The translations under genes were made by a program, and so were the position numbers. Below, in pieces: positions 57,288 to 64,000 of a DNA stretch of 64,000 nt. The stretch lies in contig JAKEGJ010000008.1 of the NCBI GenBank assembly GCA_022627495.1, positions 8,212 through 72,211 on the forward strand, written 5' to 3'. Within the stretch, counting starts at the first letter, position 1; each line of letters starts with the position of its first letter. Under the pieces are notes generated by a model that worked only from the letters and a program-made list of their open reading frames with translations, searched no databases and was not told where the DNA came from. This DNA is from Candidatus Micrarchaeota archaeon (GTDB lineage: Archaea; Micrarchaeota; Micrarchaeia; Anstonellales; Bilamarchaeaceae).

Positions 57288-58445
57288 TTAAACATGCCAG
57301 GTCGTATTCTTCAACGGAATCGGTATGACCAGTTCACCGTTAATCCTGCGGTCGCTGCCCGCCTCGCGCTCCAATTCGAGGGCATAATGGAGGAATGCCG
57401 ATATCTCTCCCGCTTCAGCGGGGCTCAGGAACCCAAGTGCCCTTAATGCGTTGGAATATCTGCCTTCAGAAACGCATGCCCGGATTGTCCCCATCGCCAT
57501 CTTCGAAGTATCCCCCGGGATATCGAGACCTGCCAGTTCGGCCATATTCGCAATCAGGCCGGTTACCTCATGGTCTTCTATATGCCTGCCACGAAAGCCC
57601 ACGAGGCGGGAAGGGTAGTTCTGATAAAGGAGCCGGGATATGTTTCTAACGACCGCCGCCTTCAATTCCTCCCGGGTTATTCCGTATTGTGACATATACG
57701 GACCGGAGAACCCCTCAATGTTTCTTCGCGCTTTTTCTATTTCGCCTATCCCGAAATCTATGTAAAGGAGGGCCACCGACTCTATCGCGGCTTCCCTGGC
57801 TATCGACACCAAGCCATATTTTTCTGCCTCTGATATTACTTCCTGGTAGTCTTCGCGGATTCCGCTCCTGAGGATATCATGTGACCTATCCTTCCGTGAT
57901 GCGTGCAGTTCGGCTAGGCGTCCCGTCAGGCGTTTCTCTATTTGTGAAACCTTGTCCTGCGCTTTCCAGACAATCGTGAGGGTTATCCTCCTTGCTTCCC
58001 CGGCCGGTCTTTCGGTTTTGCCCGCCCTTAGCCTGGCAAGTTCCTCCAGCGCCTGGCTAATCTCTTCCCTGCTGATGCCTAAATTCGAGAACCGGTCCTC
58101 GGCGTATTTTACCATGTGCGACGGGCCTTCCATTGCCTCCAGGGCAAGGATGCGCGTTCCGGCTTTCCTCTCAAGGTCATCTAGCCCATGCCGGCCCGCT
58201 ATATCCGCAGCATCATAATACCCATCCCTCAAAAAATCATAATGCGTGAATCCGGATTTTTCCAGTGCATCCAGAACCTTCTCGGTCTTCCTTCTCGCCA
58301 GCTTTCTGGCCCATTCTTCCTTCCCGGCATTTTTCGAGATTTTGACCAGTGCTGAAAGCCTGTCAAGCTCAGGGAGCATTTTTGTGAACTTGATAATCCC
58401 GCTATTTTTGGCCTTCACTGGCACTTCTGCGGTTTTTTGCACCAT
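57288..58445 (-). CDS. hypothetical protein, 385 aa
   Basis: Long ORF with coding-like composition, no motif recognised. Confidence 0.55.
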   Translation of the reverse strand: MVQKTAEVPVKAKNSGIIKFTKMLPELDRLSALVKISKNAGKEEWARKLARRKTEKVLDALEKSGFTHYDFLRDGYYDAADIAGRHGLDDLERKAGTRILALEAMEGPSHMVKYAEDRFSNLGISREEISQALEELARLRAGKTERPAGEARRITLTIVWKAQDKVSQIEKRLTGRLAELHASRKDRSHDILRSGIREDYQEVISEAEKYGLVSIAREAAIESVALLYIDFGIGEIEKARRNIEGFSGPYMSQYGITREELKAAVVRNISRLLYQNYPSRLVGFRGRHIEDHEVTGLIANMAELAGLDIPGDTSKMAMGTIRACVSEGRYSNALRALGFLSPAEAGEISAFLHYALELEREAGSDRRINGELVIPIPLKNTTWHV

Positions 58446-58576
58446 AATTTAATATATTTAATAACAAGTATTTTTAATACCCTCCACGTCCCCCAAAATT
58501 TTCTAAACGAAAAATCCCATATCTGAAAAATCGCGTAGGTGGGGGAATTTATCAATTTTTCCTGCATATCTCATTC

Positions 58577-59200
58577 ATGCTAAAGCAGGACGAAGGCGCT
58601 AAAGGCGCGCAGGCCTCAATCGGCAGGGCGCTCGCTGTCATCCCGCTCTCGCCGAACCAATGGACCGTGCTCTCGGTCCTAATTGCCATTGGCGCCGGCA
58701 TTTCCATCGCGGCGACGCAGGACCTTTTCCTCGGGCTCGCGCTCTTCGCGCTCGCCGGCCTCTGCGACATAATCGACGGTGCCGTGGCAAGGGCGAGGGG
58801 CGAGGCGAGCGCGCTCGGCGGATTCATCGATGGCGTGGCCGACCGGTTCGTGGAAGGGATTTTCCTGCTTTCATTGATGTTCGTCCCTCTCCCGCAGGTC
58901 CTTGTCGAGGCAAAAATCTGGCTGGCGCTGACGATTTTTCTCGGCACCTGCATGCCTTCATTCGTGCGGGCTTATGCCGACCACAAGGGCGTGATAAGCC
59001 GGGAAAAAGCGCTTGCCCTGGGAGGCGTGTGCGAACGGAGCGAGCGTCTGCTGATTCTGATACTCGGTCTCGGCGCCGGGCTCGCGCTCGGGATGGAATA
59101 TCTCATATACGCGCTGGCTGCGGTATGCTTTCTTTCCGCGGTGACGATCATCCAGAGGATTCTTGGCGTTCTTGCCGCTCAGCCGAACGTGAAGGCATAG
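58577..59200 (+). CDS. CDP-alcohol phosphatidyltransferase family (archaetidyl-headgroup synthase-like)
   Basis: DIIDGAVARARGEASALGGFIDGVADR matches D-G-x2-A-R-x8-G-x3-D-x3-D. Confidence 0.85.
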   Translation: MLKQDEGAKGAQASIGRALAVIPLSPNQWTVLSVLIAIGAGISIAATQDLFLGLALFALAGLCDIIDGAVARARGEASALGGFIDGVADRFVEGIFLLSLMFVPLPQVLVEAKIWLALTIFLGTCMPSFVRAYADHKGVISREKALALGGVCERSERLLILILGLGAGLALGMEYLIYALAAVCFLSAVTIIQRILGVLAAQPNVKA

Positions 59201-60093
59201 ACGCGGACTTTTCCGCTGAATTCAAGCGAAAGGTCCTTCTCGGAGTAATCCTTCTCCTGATAGACCGTGTACATGCCAGGATTGTCCAGTTTCAGCTTGC
59301 CCGCCTCCTTCCCGTCCAGAAGCACGAGCGCATCGCAGCCTTTTTCCAGCGGCTCGATTACGACATTGGCCTGCCTTGCGTTGAATTTATAGGATATCCT
59401 ACCACGCGCACCCTTCAGCTCCAGGTAATCCTCCATCTGGACCCACTCGCCGTCGGGATAGATAACGTTCCTGTCATGTTCGCCGCCATCCACGTACCGA
59501 TCGCACCCCGACTTATCGCACGCGAGGCCTGAACCGAGCCCCAAATTCGCCCCGAATCCCGCATATGTCTCGGGGCTTTGGTCGAATAGGTATCCTGGGA
59601 TTTCTTCCTTCTCGGTTTCCCCGCTTATCCCCAGCAATCCCTGGATTTTCCGCTCTGTTTCGGCATAGCCGCCCTCGCCGAAATGGACGTACTGGACGTA
59701 GCCCTCTTTGTCGATAAGGAATTCGGCTGGCCAGTACATGTTCGAGAATGCATTCCAGGTCTCCCTGCCGCTGTCTGCGGCCACCGGGTATTTGATGCCA
59801 ATATCCTTCACAGCGCGTTCGATGTTCCGGACGTCGCCTTCGAATTTGAATTCCGGGGAATGGACGCCGATGATTACGAGCCCTTTTTTCGAGTATTTCT
59901 CGTGCCAGCGCTGCAAATGCGGCATGGAGCGGATGCAGTTGATGCACGTATATGTCCAGAAGTCGACGAGCACCGCCTTGCCCCTCAAGTCCTCCACTGT
60001 CAGCGGCTCGCTGTTGTACCAGGCCTTTATGCCGGGGAATCCCGGAGCCTTTATTCTGAGCCAAGGCAATCCTTCCATGTGATGGGAATTCAA
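59179..60093 (-). CDS. thioredoxin-fold (TlpA/DipZ-type) protein
   Basis: ..VLVDFWTYTCINCIRSMPHL..VIIGVHSPEFKFE.. plus a DipZ-like C-terminal beta domain. Confidence 0.7.
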   Translation of the reverse strand: MNSHHMEGLPWLRIKAPGFPGIKAWYNSEPLTVEDLRGKAVLVDFWTYTCINCIRSMPHLQRWHEKYSKKGLVIIGVHSPEFKFEGDVRNIERAVKDIGIKYPVAADSGRETWNAFSNMYWPAEFLIDKEGYVQYVHFGEGGYAETERKIQGLLGISGETEKEEIPGYLFDQSPETYAGFGANLGLGSGLACDKSGCDRYVDGGEHDRNVIYPDGEWVQMEDYLELKGARGRISYKFNARQANVVIEPLEKGCDALVLLDGKEAGKLKLDNPGMYTVYQEKDYSEKDLSLEFSGKVRVYAFTFG

Positions 60094-60142
60094 AGAAAGA
60101 ATATAAATACAGATTATCCCGGCCAGCCCTCTCGGCCTGGAT

Positions 60143-60808
60143 TCAGGGCGCAGGCTGCCTCATCCTGTTATAGGCGAGTATCCCCACGCAACCAACCAGC
60201 GTGACCATGCTTATCGCGCCGACTGCGAGCGGCATCGTGAGGTCTTGCGTTGCTGCCGCCTCCTTCTGCTCTGCTCCGCCATCCGTCCCGTCTGCCGAAG
60301 TTGCGGCGGCTCCCAAAGTTGTCTCGCCCCCTTCAGCCAGGTTCCTGGACGCCCCTTCAGGTGGCCGCTCCCCGGATTCGGAGTCCGCCACTGCAGGGTA
60401 AGCCCCCGCCATCAGCTGGGGCCCCCCGTCCGTAGCTTCCGGCGCAAGCGCCTGCCCGGCCATCATGGCGGGCGGTGAAAACAATGCTATCATCGAAGCG
60501 ACAAGAGCGATGGTCGAGATGGAAAGCAGTATCCACACGCGCAGTTCGCGCGGGGCGACGATATCGCTGCCCTTCTTCGTCAATTCGTAGTACTTCCATT
60601 TGTGGCCGTCGTCTTTTTTCTCTATCAGGCCGACGCCTTCGAGCGTCTCCAGGTGCTCCTTGACGCCTGAAACGGACATGCCCTGCTCCTTGGATATCTC
60701 GGAAAGAGTCTTCCTGCGGACTTTCAGGGACTTGAGAATGCGCACGCGCGTGTCCACTGCGAGCGCCTCGAAGCTTTTCCGGTCCAGGACGATTTTGTCC
60801 TCATCCAT
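60143..60808 (-). CDS. ArsR-type winged-helix regulator fused to TM segments
   Basis: ..ALAVDTRVRILKSL..RKTLSEISKEQGMSVSGVKEHLETLEGVGLI.., followed by two hydrophobic segments flanking an acidic/Ala-rich loop. Confidence 0.72.
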   Translation of the reverse strand: MDEDKIVLDRKSFEALAVDTRVRILKSLKVRRKTLSEISKEQGMSVSGVKEHLETLEGVGLIEKKDDGHKWKYYELTKKGSDIVAPRELRVWILLSISTIALVASMIALFSPPAMMAGQALAPEATDGGPQLMAGAYPAVADSESGERPPEGASRNLAEGGETTLGAAATSADGTDGGAEQKEAAATQDLTMPLAVGAISMVTLVGCVGILAYNRMRQPAP

Positions 60809-60953
60809 GGGAAGACTCTGACCGGCTGTTTATAAATAAGTTCACTTATATTCCGGTCTGGGCCTAAAAATCGCGTGGTTTTCACATGCTCCAGGGCATA
60901 TAACGAGTCCCTGCGGGAATTTTCACGACGGTATTTCCCTGATTTAAGGAACC

Positions 60954-60963
60954 TTTATAAATA
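60954..60963 (+). promoter_or_regulatory. candidate rRNA promoter TATA box (second TATA-like element at 60974-60980)
   Basis: TTTATAAATA in an AT-rich tract about 130 nt upstream of the 16S 5' processing stem. Confidence 0.45.
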
Positions 60964-61090
60964 CGTGTATCGCTATATATCCTTCGCGCGTTCTGGCGCT
61001 TTCTAAGGCATCAGAATACGTAATCTAAGCACATGGCCTCCGTTTTTTGCGGGGGGACGCTTTTTGTGGAAAACTATCTCTCATAGTTTT

Positions 61091-61119
61091 GACTCACGCT
61101 TCAAGAGCAATTGATCTGT
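61091..61119 (+). other. 5' strand of the 16S rRNA processing helix
   Basis: GACTCACGCTTCAA...TTGATCTGT is complementary to 62802-62830 (ACAGATCAA...TTGAAGCGTGAGTC): 14 bp plus 9 bp around an internal loop. Confidence 0.75.
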
Positions 61120-61193
61120 GCAATGTCAATTCTTTAAGAATAGGAATTGCAAACGTACCAAATTCGTGTAATTAAAAAAGCACGATCGACTGA

Positions 61194-62731
<1,538 letters not shown>

Positions 62732-62801
62732 AAAATTACTGAAGTCACATTCAGGAATTTGTGGAAGCAGTGTGCGAGTACGACGAAGCGAAAGCTTCGG
62801 T

Positions 62802-62830
62802 ACAGATCAACTCTAATTGAAGCGTGAGTC
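62802..62830 (+). other. 3' strand of the 16S rRNA processing helix
   Basis: Complementary to 61091-61119. Confidence 0.75.
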
Positions 62831-62876
62831 ATCCTAATTATTTTAGACTCTTGAAGCGATAGCGCGAGCCAGGCCG
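62806..62876 (+). repeat. 71-nt direct repeat, copy 1 (overlaps the 16S 3' processing strand)
   Basis: 66/71 identical to 63661-63731. The last 46 nt differ at one position. Confidence 0.9.
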
Positions 62877-62948
62877 ATATATTTTAGGGCCCCTTTGGTG
62901 GAAACCAAAGCATATATAATCTGAATGCGTGGTTATATATGCAATAAG

Positions 62949-63632
62949 ATGGTAATTATGGCAGATACCGGGAAATTCAAAAAAACGCTGAAGGCGCCAG
63001 GTGCCGCCAGAGTCATCCTTAATGAGGGGAACCAGGTCACACGCCGGGATGTGCTCGCCGAGGTTAAGCGCCGCAACCGCCTTCATATAGCCTCATTCGG
63101 GCGCCCTCCAGAAATCTCCCATCTGGATTTCATGAAAAAGAATGCGCGCGTCGATAAGTCCGTAGAAGAGCTGATGGCGAGAGAAGGCGACGATTTGCCT
63201 TCACAAGATGAAAAAGCAATGCCTGTTTATTATGCGAGCCCAACACACGAATTCCTCGCCTCTTTTAAGGACGGTTTTTTTCAGATGCTAAGTTTTGCCG
63301 TTTCCAGCGACAAACCGTTCATAAGAGAGGTGGAATATTGCCTGGGGAGTCTTTGTGCGCTCTGTCGCGGCAATAATCTCGACCCGGACGACCAGATTGA
63401 TTATTTATTCTTCGAAATCAAGGACGAATTTGAAGTATCCGGAAAGCTCAGCCATACTATGAGGGATGGAAGAGCCATCCAATTCTCATTTGAAGAGCTC
63501 GTTTTCATAAATCAGCTAGGAGCGCTAGCAAAACGTCATTTGGAAACCGGCCAGTGCACAATGTCTGAAGCCATGATCCTGTGCCTGAAAAAAGCATGGG
63601 AAGACAAGCAAAAAGCCAAGAATACTGCCTAG
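62949..63632 (+). CDS. hypothetical protein in a low-GC segment between the 71-nt repeats (ORF opens at 62925)
   Basis: Uninterrupted 235-codon frame. TATA-like CATATATAAT at 62911-62920. Visibly more AT-rich than the flanks. No motif recognised. Confidence 0.55.
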   Translation: MVIMADTGKFKKTLKAPGAARVILNEGNQVTRRDVLAEVKRRNRLHIASFGRPPEISHLDFMKKNARVDKSVEELMAREGDDLPSQDEKAMPVYYASPTHEFLASFKDGFFQMLSFAVSSDKPFIREVEYCLGSLCALCRGNNLDPDDQIDYLFFEIKDEFEVSGKLSHTMRDGRAIQFSFEELVFINQLGALAKRHLETGQCTMSEAMILCLKKAWEDKQKAKNTA

Positions 63633-63660
63633 GATTCCGAAGCTAAAATCTTCCCTGCTA

Positions 63661-63731
63661 ATCAACTCTGATAGAAGCGCGGGTCATCCTAATTATTTTA
63701 GCCTCTTGAAGCGATAGCGCGAGCCAGGCCG
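63661..63731 (+). repeat. 71-nt direct repeat, copy 2
   Basis: See copy 1. Confidence 0.9.
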
Positions 63732-63805
63732 GGGCATCTGGTTATCCCCCCTCGAGGGGATGCATCAGGTTATATAAGTCTTTTCCTGAATATATGTGTG
63801 GCATT

Positions 63806-64000
63806 ATGAAAAAAGTTGATGGTAAAGCAATCCAGGGGCAGTCTGGGGGGGACACCATTTCCCGGAAAGAATTTCTTGAAAGAATCAGGACCGAAGCCGG
63901 AATGATGGAAGCGGTGCGGGAAATGGAGCGGGAAAGCGCGGATGGGCCGAGGTTTGATAGGTTCGAGCCGGATTCGCAAGAGGCCCGGGATTTCATCAAC
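63806..64000 (+). CDS. hypothetical protein, 5' fragment (runs off the window)
   Basis: ATG at 63806 is preceded by the TATA-like TTATATAAG (~63770). The frame stays open to the window end (MKKVDGKAIQGQSGGDTISRKEFLERIR...). Confidence 0.45.
   Translation, partial: MKKVDGKAIQGQSGGDTISRKEFLERIRTEAGMMEAVREMERESADGPRFDRFEPDSQEARDFIN

Noticed and set aside
58660-59532. 290-aa plus-strand ORF overlapping the CDP-alcohol phosphatidyltransferase and thioredoxin-fold genes
   Set aside because: It is extremely Arg/Gly/Pro-rich and lies out of frame or antisense to two motif-supported genes. This is a typical shadow ORF in GC-rich DNA. The same reasoning applies to 165..623, 3909..4562, 17325..18167, 39059..40009, 54291..55040 and similar ORFs.
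62732-64000. Expected tRNA-Ala spacer and 23S rRNA downstream of the 16S
   Set aside because: No tRNA cloverleaf or 23S 5' sequence can be recognised. The region contains TATA boxes and protein-coding frames, so the rRNA genes appear unlinked.

Overview
This is an archaeal chromosomal window with GC roughly in the high 50s (%) by eye. Archaeal markers include a 16S rRNA, aRF1, ABCE1, NMD3, RNase P Rpp21, TYW1/Taw1, uL11, a class-III-signal-peptide pilin, TATA boxes about 25 nt upstream of apparently leaderless starts, and some GGAGG-type SD sites. Most of the window is compact housekeeping. It covers isoprenoid metabolism (GGPP synthase, IDI-2), nitrogen metabolism (Lrp-glnA, glmS), threonine catabolism (kbl/tdh), and a complete 2-oxoacid dehydrogenase operon (E1a-E1b-E2-E3) with lipA and a split LplB/LplA lipoate ligase. 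It also holds several thiol-redox proteins and several sequon-rich secreted or membrane proteins. The 16S gene is not followed by a 23S gene. It carries a ~46-nt hairpin insertion next to the 515 primer site, and both tRNA genes contain two introns each, including non-canonical D-loop and T-arm positions. These traits suggest an uncultivated, possibly DPANN/Micrarchaeota-like or Thermoplasmata-related lineage, but I cannot run a search to confirm that. The main second-look items follow. (1) A tandem pair of highly divergent RelA/SpoT-homologue-like genes (degenerate HD plus synthetase-like motifs, no regulatory C-terminus) lies at 20.9-24.1 kb. (2) A ~350-nt intergenic array of five GGGGTC-plus-variable-hairpin modules with interlocking complementarity lies at 47.7-48.1 kb. 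(3) A 135-nt element with imperfect terminal inverted repeats occurs twice in inverted orientation, 10 kb apart. (4) A 71-nt direct repeat brackets a low-GC orphan ORF immediately 3' of the 16S processing stem. (5) A ~226-nt candidate structured RNA with its own TATA box lies at 27.9-28.1 kb. All protein family calls come from motifs read by eye, with no database search, so functional labels for divergent proteins are hypotheses.
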